DNA of 64,000 nucleotides from the NCBI GenBank assembly GCA_903835385.1, contig CAILMQ010000015.1, forward strand, positions 1,252 to 65,251. Reading direction: 5' to 3'. The notes below the pieces were generated by a model. That model searched no databases and was not told the DNA's origin. It saw only the letters and a list, made by a program, of their open reading frames with translations. The position numbers and the translations under genes were made by a program. Shown here one piece after another: positions 25,185 through 35,133 of the stretch (position 1 is the first letter of the stretch; each line of letters starts with the position of its first letter). Origin of the DNA: an uncultured Candidatus Micrarchaeota archaeon (GTDB lineage: Archaea; Micrarchaeota; Micrarchaeia; Anstonellales; Bilamarchaeaceae).

Positions 25185-28100
25185 TCATGGGAATATCCAT
25201 GCTGCGACCTGCTGCTGGCAGTTGAACTGCTCTGCGGCGCACATTTCGCCCGGATAGCCCATCTCGCTGTTTATGACGACGTAGTTCTGGTCGTTCCACA
25301 CCGGCACCTGCGTGTCTATGCCGGCATAGGTCATGGAGCGCGGGGATTCGCTGCCGCTCACGTGCGGGCCGCCGTTCTCGGACCAGATTATGTTTCCGTC
25401 TCCGTCGTGTATCTCCACTCCGCTGACCTGCATCGCGGTCCTGCCGTTGGCGGCGATCGCGGTCATGTCCTGGGCAAGGCTCTCTCCGTCGCTGTCGCTG
25501 ACCGCGTTCACTATGGCCGGGCCCGGCGTTATCGTGTATTTGAGGGATTTTATCGTGCGGTCGGCCTGGGTGTATTTCAGCTCGTAGTCCACCCTGTATA
25601 TGCCATACCACACATCAGCCTGCGGGCCGGCTGCCCAGGGCGAGTGGTAATGGTGGCTGATATAGTACTCGGTGCCGGTCTTCGTGCTCATGGGCGGCGC
25701 GTCCGTGACAGCCACCTGGGTGGTTCCCGTTCCGGATACCGCCCCGCTGTCATCCCTGACTACCAGCGATACCGCATAGGTGCCTGCCCTGGAATAGGTG
25801 TGTTCAATTGGCCAGAACCCTTCCCCTGGCGACGAGGAGCCGTCTCCGAAAGTCCAGTCCGCGGACACCACGCTTCCGTCAGGGTCATAGGAGCCGGACG
25901 GATCGAACGACACCGGCTGGTTTGTGTATGCGGTGTACGGGCCCCCTGGATTGGAATATGGCGGCTGGTTCGGCTGGACAAACACCGGGCGGGACGTGGA
26001 CGCGCTGCCACCCAGGAAATCAGTGACATTCAATGTCACGGCATAGGTGCCTGAAGAGGCATAGCTGTGCGAAACCTCGTGGCCGTAGTCCACGTCGCTG
26101 CCATCGCCATAATCCCACCTGCACGCATAGTAGTAGCTGCCCGGGAAATCAGGATCCGTGGAGTTCTCGCAATTGAACGTTATCCATTCGTTCTTTAGCA
26201 CGTTTATCGTCTGGTCCCCGCTGCTTTGGGGCTGCTCAGCGTCTATGGCCGGTAGGGGCGGCTGGTTGGCAACAAGCGAAATGGATGTTGCATCCTCGTT
26301 GTTATCCCTGTTGGCCTCGGTAACCGTGCCCGCAGGGTCCGCTATGGCGCGGACTTCGTGCGTGCCTGGGTTGATCTGGCTGGTCATCGGGAAGCGGTAT
26401 TCCACGCTCGCGCTGGCGCCTGCTGCTATTGAAGGTATTGTCTGCTCCTTGCCCATGTCGCCATCCCTCAGCACGCGCACGAGCACGTTCTGCGCCTTGT
26501 CATTGCCGCCGTTGTGAACCGTCACCGTGAACGGAACCGAGTAGGCATAAGATGAGGAGTCGGGTATCACGGCGCTATCCCTGCCGGAAATTGAAACTTC
26601 CAGGTCGGGAAGCTTCGCATTCAGCGGAAGCGTGCCCCGGTTGTTCCCGAAGTCGGATTCGTATATGGACTTGCCCGGGTTGGCGAAGGCCACGACCACC
26701 GGGTTGGCTGATATGCCCGAGGGCACAGTCCATTGCATGCTCACCGTGCTTTTCGAACCGCTATTGATGGTCACGGTCTTGGTGCCTATGGGCTGCTCTG
26801 AGCCGTCCTGCCCGATATAATAGAATTCTATGGGTATGTTGGCAGCCTTTGCTGAGCCGATGTTGCTCACATTCGCCTTGATGGTAACGTTGTTCCCGAC
26901 CGCCACGCTTCCTGAAACCGATATGTCATTGCCGGACACCTCCAGGTCAGGGAGCAGTATCTTTATCTCGCTTGATGCGTTGTTGTTCCCGTATTCCTTC
27001 TCTCCCACCTTCCTGTCGCTGTTCACGTCCACCAGGAAGTTCGCAGTGCTTATCTTGGACGGGACTGTCCACTCGTAGCTCACCCTGGAACTTGCGTGCG
27101 CAGCAAGGTTGGTTGCGAGCACCGTGCCCACGGGCACAAAGGAGCCGCCGTCTATGGAGACGGAGTAGCGGACAGTGGCATTCTTGACCTTGAGCGTGCC
27201 GAGATTCTTGACCGTGGCCCAGACCTTGAGCTTGTCGCCTGGCACCGGGCCCTTGGGGGAAAAGGTTATGCTGCTCTCGTTTATGGAAAGGTCGGGGTAG
27301 AGCAGGTCCACCGTCATCTGGTGGGTGGCGAGGTTGTTGGATTCGCTTGTTTCCGCGATTGCGTTGTCAGGGTCTGCTGTGACCGAGACAAGGAGTGTTT
27401 CAGTGTCCGCAGGAATGGCATAGGTCGCTTTCGCGGTCTTTGAAGAGCCCGGGCTTATGGGGCCGATTGTGACATCTGCTATCGTCTCGCCGCTCACAGA
27501 GACCTCGCGCTCTTTCTGCTCCAGATTCATGCCGTCTATCAGGCCTGCGATTATCTGGTTGTGCATGCTGTTGGCATCGAACTTTCGCTCCTCCTTATCG
27601 CCGGTCTGGTCCTTTTCATCCTCGTAGTTTTGTATCGCGTCCACTTTCTGGAAGCGGATTTTCGCGCTCTGCACAGTGGAGGTGCCGTTGTTCTTTATGG
27701 TGGCGGTGATGGAAACCGTGCTGCCTGTCTTCAGGTTCGAAGGCGAATGGGTTATGCCCGAATCGGTGACCACCAGGTCCGGAAGCGTTGCGGATTCGGA
27801 TATGGTGTACGAAGCGGCATTGTTCGTCTCGTCGGATTCCGTGATGGTGTTGTTCGGGTCCACGGTTATGGCATAGGTTCCGCTTGCTGTTGGAAGGCTC
27901 ACGGTGGCATAGCCGCGAGAGCCCGCGGATATGGAAGATATCTTGGAATAAAGCGTGCTGCCCGCCCCTTCGGCCTTTACCCATACGTTCGTCGCCTTGG
28001 CAGTGCCCTTGTTGCCGACATATATCTTGAGCGTTGCTTTCATCTGCCCGCCGGCCTCTTTCAACGTGTGCGTGATGCCCGAATCCGTGATTGCCAGGTC

Positions 28101-28775
28101 TGGCATGGGCTGGGCGGCATACGTTATGCTCGTCTGGGCGGCGTTGTTGGTCTCATCGCTTTCGCGGATGGAGTTCATGGCATCCACTGTCGCTGAAACC
28201 GTGTATGCGCCTGTTGAGAACGGCGCAGGGCAGCTGACAAAAACATAGGACGAGCTGCCGGCACTTATGCCCGCTATGGTTTTTGCCTGGGTGCTGGCGT
28301 CTGCGCAAACCACTGAGACGGTGATGTTCGATGCTTTTGCAGTGCCGTTGTTCTTCACTTTCACTTTGATGGTGGCGTTGTTAGCGAGCTGCGGCGATAC
28401 TGGGGTGGAGGACAACTCATATATGTACAGGTCCGGAAAGGTTTCGGCTGTGGTGAAAGTATAATTATCTGAATCGAAATAGGATGACGAATTCACCTTG
28501 CACCTGAGCTTGTAATAGTATTGGGTGTCCGGTGAGAGGCTGGAGAGCTTCACACCGTGCGAGAGCGATTTGGTGGAATTCGTGGCTGTGGACCCGTAGG
28601 AAGAAGTCTTGCCATGGAAAACCTGGGCAGAGCAATTTGTGGCCGTGCTCCATGTGATGTATGCCGCTGATGCGCCGGCATTCACGCTGACATCGTTGAA
28701 CTCAGCCGCGAACGAGGCTGCTGCGAGCAGAACCAGAACCGTGATGATGAATATTGGTTTTGTCATTGCAATCAC
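25185..28775 (-). CDS. giant surface protein with FN3-like N-terminus, about 9 CARDB-type repeats and two PKD domains
   Basis: 1196 aa. Signal peptide MIAMTKPIFIITVLVLLAAASFA. Recurrent PDL.V...V.N.G...A CARDB units. PKD signatures WDYGDGS...HSYASSGTYAVTLNVTD and WTFGDGS...HTYSRAGTYAVSLVVRD. Confidence 0.8.
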   Translation of the reverse strand: MIAMTKPIFIITVLVLLAAASFAAEFNDVSVNAGASAAYITWSTATNCSAQVFHGKTSSYGSTATNSTKSLSHGVKLSSLSPDTQYYYKLRCKVNSSSYFDSDNYTFTTAETFPDLYIYELSSTPVSPQLANNATIKVKVKNNGTAKASNITVSVVCADASTQAKTIAGISAGSSSYVFVSCPAPFSTGAYTVSATVDAMNSIRESDETNNAAQTSITYAAQPMPDLAITDSGITHTLKEAGGQMKATLKIYVGNKGTAKATNVWVKAEGAGSTLYSKISSISAGSRGYATVSLPTASGTYAITVDPNNTITESDETNNAASYTISESATLPDLVVTDSGITHSPSNLKTGSTVSITATIKNNGTSTVQSAKIRFQKVDAIQNYEDEKDQTGDKEERKFDANSMHNQIIAGLIDGMNLEQKEREVSVSGETIADVTIGPISPGSSKTAKATYAIPADTETLLVSVTADPDNAIAETSESNNLATHQMTVDLLYPDLSINESSITFSPKGPVPGDKLKVWATVKNLGTLKVKNATVRYSVSIDGGSFVPVGTVLATNLAAHASSRVSYEWTVPSKISTANFLVDVNSDRKVGEKEYGNNNASSEIKILLPDLEVSGNDISVSGSVAVGNNVTIKANVSNIGSAKAANIPIEFYYIGQDGSEQPIGTKTVTINSGSKSTVSMQWTVPSGISANPVVVAFANPGKSIYESDFGNNRGTLPLNAKLPDLEVSISGRDSAVIPDSSSYAYSVPFTVTVHNGGNDKAQNVLVRVLRDGDMGKEQTIPSIAAGASASVEYRFPMTSQINPGTHEVRAIADPAGTVTEANRDNNEDATSISLVANQPPLPAIDAEQPQSSGDQTINVLKNEWITFNCENSTDPDFPGSYYYACRWDYGDGSDVDYGHEVSHSYASSGTYAVTLNVTDFLGGSASTSRPVFVQPNQPPYSNPGGPYTAYTNQPVSFDPSGSYDPDGSVVSADWTFGDGSSSPGEGFWPIEHTYSRAGTYAVSLVVRDDSGAVSGTGTTQVAVTDAPPMSTKTGTEYYISHHYHSPWAAGPQADVWYGIYRVDYELKYTQADRTIKSLKYTITPGPAIVNAVSDSDGESLAQDMTAIAANGRTAMQVSGVEIHDGDGNIIWSENGGPHVSGSESPRSMTYAGIDTQVPVWNDQNYVVINSEMGYPGEMCAAEQFNCQQQVAAWIFP

Positions 28776-29329
28776 CCCATTACCGCTCCCGTGGCAGCAT
28801 CAACTTTGCACACATCCTGGCCGGCTATCACGGTCCAGACGGGAACTCCGCTCTCCATCTCAAGCGTGCACTGGCCACCGTGGCCGCACGCTTTTGTCGC
28901 CACTGCGCTGTCCTGCCACTGGGCCGGAAGCAGGCGCCGGGCCTGGTATTGGACGTTCCGCGCGTTCAGTTCGGGATCCGGCACCGTAACCGCGTAACCT
29001 GTCATGGCGGCAACCGAATTGAAATAGTACTGCCATTGCCCAGCAGTGCCGTCCTGGGCGCAATCGCCATAAATTGAAACGAGCTTGGAATCCTGCACGA
29101 GCTTCACGGCCGCCGCGGTCGCATTTGCGACTCCGTCCCGGGCTGCGAACGGGGTGGCTGGCGCTTCAATAACGTTGCCAGGGCCCGGCGGTGTTGCTCC
29201 CGGGTTGGCGGTCAGGTTCTCCTGAATCGTTATGTTGGCGCCGCTTTGCGGCACGGAGGGCCCGGTGCATCCCATTACCGCAAGCAGCATCATCCCCAGC
29301 AAAAATAAGGCAATTTCCCGCATAATCAT
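28772..29329 (-). CDS. hypothetical secreted or lipobox protein co-transcribed with the CARDB/PKD giant
   Basis: From Met MIMREIALFLLGMMLLAVMGC (lipobox-like). 4-nt ATGA overlap with the downstream gene. Confidence 0.5.
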   Translation of the reverse strand: MIMREIALFLLGMMLLAVMGCTGPSVPQSGANITIQENLTANPGATPPGPGNVIEAPATPFAARDGVANATAAAVKLVQDSKLVSIYGDCAQDGTAGQWQYYFNSVAAMTGYAVTVPDPELNARNVQYQARRLLPAQWQDSAVATKACGHGGQCTLEMESGVPVWTVIAGQDVCKVDAATGAVMG

Positions 29330-29455
29330 CAGAACTGAGTGTATGTACAAGTTTTTTAAACCTTTTTCGTGAAAATGGTGTTTAGTCAAATTTTCCAGTT
29401 CAGGCGGAAGGAAAGACGGATTCTGCTAAAACGAATGGATTTGTGAGGTGGAATA

Positions 29456-31099
29456 ATGGCAAAACAAGTAAGCGGAGACCAGGTTTATGTGCTCCCTGAG
29501 GGGTCACAGAGGGTTATTGGCCGCGATGCGATGCGGGTCAATATCGCCATAGGGTATGCGGTCGCGAACATAGTCAAGACCACGCTCGGCCCCAAGGGCA
29601 TGGACAAGATGCTCGTGTCGGACCTTGGCGACATCGTGATAACCAACGACGGCGCGACAATACTCGAGGAGATGAACGTGGACCACCCGGCTGCAAAGCT
29701 GATGGTGGAGATCGCCAAGACCCAGGACAAGGAGGTCGGCGACGGCACCACGACCAGCGTCGTGATTGCAGGAAACCTGCTTTATCGGGCAGGCGAGATG
29801 CTCAACCAGAACATCCATCCGACCGTGGTGATAAAGGGATATGAGCTGGCTGCGAAGAAGGCCGAGGAGGCGCTCAACAGGCTGGCGGAGCCGGTCACGC
29901 CCACTGACAAGGACATTCTCAACAAAATCGCGCTTGTCGCCATGGGCTCCAAGGGCATAGGCAGCGACGATGAGAGGAAGAAAATCGCCACGATAATATC
30001 AGATGCCGTCATGCAGGTGTCAACCACGCAGAACGGCAAGCACAAGGTGGACCTTGAGCTCATAAAAATAGAGAAAAAGGCGGGCGGCGAGGTCATGGAC
30101 ACCGAGCTCATCCGCGGCGTGCTTGTTGACAAGGAAATCGTGCATGCGGGCATGCCAAAGGCGGTGAAGAACGCGAAAATCCTCCTGCTTGATGCGGCGC
30201 TCGAAATCGAGAAGACCGAGGTGGACGCGAAGATAGAGATAACCTCCCCTGACAAGATGGAGGCGTTCCTCCAGCAGGAGGAGAAGATGATGAGGGACAT
30301 GGTGGACAAGATTGCGGCCACCAACGCCAACGTCGTTTTCTGCCAGAAGGGCATAGACGACCTGGTGCAGCACTTCCTTTCCAAGAAGGGCATCACCGCC
30401 GTCCGCAGGGTGAAAAAGAGCGACATGGAAAAGCTCTCCAGGGCGACAGGGGCGGCCATGGCATCCACCCTAGAGGACCTCAAAGAGGCGGATCTGGGCA
30501 ATGCGGGCCTTGTGGAAGAGCGCAAGATCGGCGGCGAGGCAATGGTGTTCGTCGAGAAATGCAAGGACCCGAAAAGCGTCACCATATTCGTGCGCGGCGG
30601 GACCGACCACGTGGTGAGCGAGGTGGAACGCGCGGTCGTTGACGCGCGCGGTGCGGTGTCCAGCGCGCTCCAGGACGGCAAGTACGTCGTCGGAGGAGGC
30701 AGCGTTGAAATGGAAATCGCCAGGGAGCTCCAGGCTTACGCGGTGCAGATAGGGGGCAGGGAACAGCTCGCCATCCAGGCATTTGCGGAAGCCCTTGAAT
30801 CAATACCGCGGGCGCTCGCAGAGAACGCCGGCATGGACGTGATAGACACCATCGTCGCGCTGCGGAACAGGCACAAGGAGAGCAACGGCAAAACCGTCGG
30901 AGTGGACGTCCTGGCGGGCAAGGTCGGGGACCTGAGGGCATTGGGCATTTACGAACCGGCAAAGGTCAAGAAGCAGGCAATCGTGTCCGCCACCGAGACT
31001 GCCCGGCTGATACTGAGAATAGATGACATCATCAGCTCAAGGGGCAAGGGCGGCGGAGGCATGCCACCTGGCGGGCCCGGCGGCATGGACATGGATTAG
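29456..31099 (+). CDS. ths: thermosome subunit (group II chaperonin)
   Basis: 547 aa. [41 protein letters not shown]-terminal [16 protein letters not shown] tail. GAGGTGG SD with 4-nt spacer. Confidence 0.95.
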   Translation: MAKQVSGDQVYVLPEGSQRVIGRDAMRVNIAIGYAVANIVKTTLGPKGMDKMLVSDLGDIVITNDGATILEEMNVDHPAAKLMVEIAKTQDKEVGDGTTTSVVIAGNLLYRAGEMLNQNIHPTVVIKGYELAAKKAEEALNRLAEPVTPTDKDILNKIALVAMGSKGIGSDDERKKIATIISDAVMQVSTTQNGKHKVDLELIKIEKKAGGEVMDTELIRGVLVDKEIVHAGMPKAVKNAKILLLDAALEIEKTEVDAKIEITSPDKMEAFLQQEEKMMRDMVDKIAATNANVVFCQKGIDDLVQHFLSKKGITAVRRVKKSDMEKLSRATGAAMASTLEDLKEADLGNAGLVEERKIGGEAMVFVEKCKDPKSVTIFVRGGTDHVVSEVERAVVDARGAVSSALQDGKYVVGGGSVEMEIARELQAYAVQIGGREQLAIQAFAEALESIPRALAENAGMDVIDTIVALRNRHKESNGKTVGVDVLAGKVGDLRALGIYEPAKVKKQAIVSATETARLILRIDDIISSRGKGGGGMPPGGPGGMDMD

Positions 31100-31190
31100 C
31101 CTCCTGTTTTTTCTTTTTTCTATTCTTCTTTTTATCTTCTGTTTTTTATATCCTGTTTTTACCTCGTTTTAGTCCCTTCTTATTGTGGTA
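31100..31190 (+). terminator. poly-T terminator tract downstream of the thermosome gene
   Basis: Successive T-runs: ctgttttttcttttttctattcttctttttatcttctgttttttat...gttttta. Confidence 0.5.
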
Positions 31191-31192
31191 AA

Positions 31193-31798
31193 ATGTATAA
31201 AAAGACATATTTAAAAAACCTATCATGCAGTAATTATTGTATGGCAGGCATGACCAGGCAACAGGTTATTTTAGACCCTTACGGACGGCCCGCGAGGCAG
31301 GGCGCAAACCAGCCTGCAGCGCAGCCAGCGCCCCAAGGCCAGGCCGCCTCTTCGAAATCCGCAAGCTACCCGACAAAACAATCAAATCCGGGGAGCGCGC
31401 CGGGCGCAGCGCCCGGTCCAACGGCGCAACAGCAACAGTGGGGCAAATATTTCAGTTTCGGTCCGGGACCATCGGGGCATCATATGAGTGGACACGAGGG
31501 AGAGCGCTTTCGCGAACCGACCCGCGGGGTGGGCCCGGTCAGGCTTTGCGAAAGCTTTAGTACGGTGATGTTCGAACAGACGTATTTTGGTTCTCATGTC
31601 ATGCGATTTGACGGCTTGAAATGCTATAAGATACCGCATGGAACCAGCGACCACGAGTTACCAACCGAGGATGAGATACTGCAGTTCAAGAAAGCAATTG
31701 CCAGGGCAGCGTTCAATGACGCGAAAATAGCCGCACGACTGGCAAAAGAGCCGAAACTCCAGATACCGGACCGTGTCAGGGACTCCGGGGACCCCTAG
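31193..31798 (+). CDS. hypothetical protein with Gln/Pro/Ala-rich low-complexity N-terminal half
   Basis: 201-aa ORF. A likelier start is Met 31241 (MAGMTRQQ). No family recognised. Confidence 0.4.
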   Translation: MYKKTYLKNLSCSNYCMAGMTRQQVILDPYGRPARQGANQPAAQPAPQGQAASSKSASYPTKQSNPGSAPGAAPGPTAQQQQWGKYFSFGPGPSGHHMSGHEGERFREPTRGVGPVRLCESFSTVMFEQTYFGSHVMRFDGLKCYKIPHGTSDHELPTEDEILQFKKAIARAAFNDAKIAARLAKEPKLQIPDRVRDSGDP

Positions 31799-33120
31799 GA
31801 CCCGCCGGTCATCTTCCTTATCAGCGATGACAGTTCCTTTTTCCTCTTTTCCAGCTTCTCCTTTGACTTGTATTCCATGGTGAGCCGCACGAACGGCTCT
31901 GTCCCGGACGCGCGTATGAGGAACCAGCCGTCGTCCTCGTCCACGCGGATGCCGTCCTCTTCCGAGCGCCTGCCCTCTATTCGGATTTCTTTTTTGAGCG
32001 CGTCCACCGCCGCGTATTTCTTATTTGCAGAAAACTTCTCGCGCGCCATTGGATTGGCCTTGAATCCCGAGGCGAGCGCGCCCAGCGGCCCGTTTTCCAC
32101 GAATATCTCCACCAGCTTGGCCGCGGCGAGCGGGCCGTCCGGCACGCGCACGCCCTTTTCGTAGATGTATTCACCGCAGGGCTCGCCTCCGAAAATCGCT
32201 CCCTGCTTCTCCAGCTCTTCGGCGACGTAAAGCGAGCCGACCGGGGTTATTACAACGGTTCCGCCTTCCGACTCCACCGCCTCGCGGACCGCGAGCGACG
32301 CTTCCATCGTGGAAATGATTTTTTTGTTTTTGGTTTTGCATTTGCGAAGCTCATGCTTGCACATCATGGCGAGCTGGATGTCCAGGGGAAGGACGCGGCC
32401 CTTCTCGTCCACCGCGATGGTCCGGTCCGCATCGCCGTCATGGGCGAGCCCGAGGTCTGCCTTGATTTTCGGCACCAGCGCGGACAGCTCGGACAGGTTC
32501 TTCTCGTTGGGCTCCGAAGGCCTGCCGAAGCCGACGGTACCGCCGTTGAGCACCACGACATCGCAGCCCAGGTCCTTGAGCAGGTTCGGCGTCATGGCCG
32601 CGCCCGCGCCGTTGCAGTCTATCACGACTTTCGGTTTTCTTTTCCTGATTGCCGGAGCGTCCACCAATGAAGTTACGAGCGCCATGTGCTCGAAAATCGC
32701 GCCCTTGTCAGAGGAGGATTTTCCGGCCCTGTCCCATTCGCACAGATGGAAATCGCCGCGGCCGTAGGCGGCTTCTATCCCCTTTTCCCTGAGCCTGGAT
32801 ATCTCGTTGCCGCAGGAAAACAGCTTGAGCCCGTTGTATTCCGGAGGATTGTGCGACGCGGTGAGCATGATGCCGTTGCAGGCGCGTTTCCGCGTGGCGA
32901 GGGCGAGGGTGGGCGTGGGAACCAGGCCGAGGGAGATGGCATCCCTTCCCCGCGCCATCACGCCTGCCATGACCGCGCTGGAAAGGGGCATTCCGGCCTG
33001 GCGCGTGTCCCTGGCCACCACGACGTCGCGTTCCGCGAATATGTTGGCTATTTTCAGGGCCAGCTCCTCGGTGATGTCCTTGCCGTAGAGCCCCCTGATG
33101 CCGGATGTGCCGAAGAGCAT
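31795..33120 (-). CDS. phosphohexomutase (phosphoglucosamine mutase / phosphomannomutase family)
   Basis: From Met 33120: MLFGTSGIRG, active-site TASHNPPEYNGLK, metal loop AHDGDADR, GGEPCGE sugar-binding loop. Confidence 0.85.
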   Translation of the reverse strand: MLFGTSGIRGLYGKDITEELALKIANIFAERDVVVARDTRQAGMPLSSAVMAGVMARGRDAISLGLVPTPTLALATRKRACNGIMLTASHNPPEYNGLKLFSCGNEISRLREKGIEAAYGRGDFHLCEWDRAGKSSSDKGAIFEHMALVTSLVDAPAIRKRKPKVVIDCNGAGAAMTPNLLKDLGCDVVVLNGGTVGFGRPSEPNEKNLSELSALVPKIKADLGLAHDGDADRTIAVDEKGRVLPLDIQLAMMCKHELRKCKTKNKKIISTMEASLAVREAVESEGGTVVITPVGSLYVAEELEKQGAIFGGEPCGEYIYEKGVRVPDGPLAAAKLVEIFVENGPLGALASGFKANPMAREKFSANKKYAAVDALKKEIRIEGRRSEEDGIRVDEDDGWFLIRASGTEPFVRLTMEYKSKEKLEKRKKELSSLIRKMTGGS

Positions 33121-33301
33121 GGAGGAATAGTAAGCCCGAAAGTAAAATAAATGCAGGGGGAAGGCGGAATACGGCAGAAGATGCACCGCCAAAGACCGGC
33201 ATGGCGCATGTCAAAACGAAGTCCATGTCTCCCTTGTTCGCAGGAGAAATGCAACGAATTACCAAATAATGGGAAAACGTGAGACGCGCTACAGACGAAA
33301 G

Positions 33302-33311
33302 CTATTTATTA
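33302..33311 (+). promoter_or_regulatory. candidate TATA box upstream of the GS-like gene
   Basis: ctatttatta preceded by purine-rich cgaaag (BRE-like). About 25 nt upstream of the GAGGTGG SD region. Confidence 0.35.
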
Positions 33312-33343
33312 GTATTCTTGTCATTTAAGGCAGAGGTGGTATT

Positions 33344-34714
33344 CTGTCAGCCATAGATGACGTACTAAAGTACATTGCGACGAACGAAATCAGGTGGGTA
33401 GACCTCCAATTTTTCGACATAACCGGCACGCTCCACAAGACATCCCTGTCCAACAGGAAGATATCCGAGGACCTGTTCGGCAAGGGCGCATACGCCGCGG
33501 ACCTCAAAGAGGTGTTCGGCGCATCCCCGCAGGGAGACCTGGCGCTGCTGCCGGACCCGGACACCATGGCGAGGCTGCCCTGGGAGCCGAACACGGTGAG
33601 GTTCATCTGCGACATGGTCGCTGCGAGCAACGGCGATCGGTTCCTCAAAGACAGCAGGTACGTCGCAGAGCGGGTGGAGACCAACCTGGAAGCGGCAGGC
33701 ATCAAGACATGCAAGGTCGGCACCCAGGTGGAATGCTGCATCTTCGACAGCGTCACAACGGATCGCACCGCGCCCGGAAGGGGCTCCGGCACGGTCCTGG
33801 ATTCCAGGGAGGCGAGGTGGGGCCCGTCCCCGCTCTCTTCCATAGGAAAGGGCGCGTGGGTGAGCCAGCCTTACGACAGCATGTATGCGGCAAGGACGCA
33901 GATATGCGAGACCATGGAGGACAGCTTCGGCATGTCCGTGGACGCGCACATGCACGGCAGGTCCCAGACCGCACAGCAGATGTTCGAGCTCAACGAAAAG
34001 CCGCTGAAGACCGCCGCGGACGCGATTTCCACGCTCAAGTTCGTGGTGAGGAACCTGTCCAACGCGGTGAACGCATCGTCCACATTCATGCCCTACCCAG
34101 TGGAGGGCGAAAGGGGCAATGCGCTCAACATCGCGGTGAGCCTGTGGAAGGCGGCTGACAACAACGCCTTCTACGAGGGCAAGGAGGACTACGCGCAGCT
34201 CAGCCAGGCGGGCTACTATTTCGTGGGCGGGCTCCTTGAGCACGCGGCGGCGCTCTCGCTGTTCGTGGCTCCGACCACCAACTCGTATCGGAGGCTGGCG
34301 GTGGACCCGCCGGTCGTGGGCTGGAGCAGCACTGCGGCCAATGCCCTGGTCAAGGTGCCCATGCTCAAGAAGAACCTCAAGGAGACCAAGAGGGTGATGT
34401 ACTGCGGCGGAGACCCGTCCGGAAACCCGCACCTCGCCATGGCCATGGTCGTGGCGGCAGGACTCGACGGCATAAAGAGCAAGATAGAGCCGGGCGAGCC
34501 CATTGAGTCCGAGAAGAAGGCCAAGAGGGTGGCCAAGCCGCTGCCTTCAACGCTCTACGAGGCCATGGAGGCCCTGGAGTCGGACAACAAGTTCATCAAG
34601 GGCGTGGTGCCGTCCGAACTGCTCGGGGACTACCTGGACATGAAGCTCGGGGAGTACAAGGCAGAGAGGAAGGCGATATCGGGCTACGAGCTGCAGAGAT
34701 ACTACAACGTATAA
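33344..34714 (+). CDS. glutamine synthetase-like protein (type I fold, divergent catalytic motifs), probable CTG start
   Basis: The track ORF begins at GTG 33512. The GS N-terminal beta-grasp (SAIDDVLKYIATNEIRWVDLQFFDITGTLH...) is in frame from 33329 with no ATG/GTG/TTG. GAGGTGG plus 4 nt precedes CTG 33344. C-domain motifs include NSYRRL. Confidence 0.75.
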   Translation: MSAIDDVLKYIATNEIRWVDLQFFDITGTLHKTSLSNRKISEDLFGKGAYAADLKEVFGASPQGDLALLPDPDTMARLPWEPNTVRFICDMVAASNGDRFLKDSRYVAERVETNLEAAGIKTCKVGTQVECCIFDSVTTDRTAPGRGSGTVLDSREARWGPSPLSSIGKGAWVSQPYDSMYAARTQICETMEDSFGMSVDAHMHGRSQTAQQMFELNEKPLKTAADAISTLKFVVRNLSNAVNASSTFMPYPVEGERGNALNIAVSLWKAADNNAFYEGKEDYAQLSQAGYYFVGGLLEHAAALSLFVAPTTNSYRRLAVDPPVVGWSSTAANALVKVPMLKKNLKETKRVMYCGGDPSGNPHLAMAMVVAAGLDGIKSKIEPGEPIESEKKAKRVAKPLPSTLYEAMEALESDNKFIKGVVPSELLGDYLDMKLGEYKAERKAISGYELQRYYNV

Positions 34715-34831
34715 CGGCTCTCTTTTTCTTATTTTAATTTGGTTCTTTTTATTATTTTAATTTACGCATAGTTGAACTGTTGCCTGCCATAGGAAGTAAT
34801 AAAATAAGTTGTCAGGCTATTCGTATTCTCC

Positions 34832-34904
34832 GGGCCCGTAGTCGAGTGGTTAAGACGTCGCTCTTACACAGCGAAGACCCCCAGTTCGATCCTGGGCGGG
34901 CCCA
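34832..34904 (+). tRNA. tRNA-Val(UAC), uninterrupted
   Basis: GGGCCCG-TA-GTCG-AGTGGTTA-AGAC-G-TCGCT-CTTACAC-AGCGA-AGACC-CCCAG-TTCGATC-CTGGG-CGGGCCC-A. Canonical 73-nt cloverleaf. Confidence 0.9.
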
Positions 34905-35133
34905 TTTGAAAATCAGTCTGTTTTTGCTCACGCTCCGGGATGAGGGCGGTTGGAATCCCCCGAAAAGACTTCGCGAGCAGAAGAATGGCTTAAGACGAAG
35001 CGATGATAAGAATACAGGAGAGAAGAAATGAATGGCGGGAGTATGTTCAACTAGCAGTTTTGCTCAGCGAGCATAACCTTAAAAGCACTGCCGACTTCCA
35101 TTTTAGGGTTTATACGAATGATGAGGTGAATTG

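Noticed and set aside
34780-35031. 83-aa ORF
   Set aside because: It reads straight through tRNA-Val (34832-34904) and is spurious.
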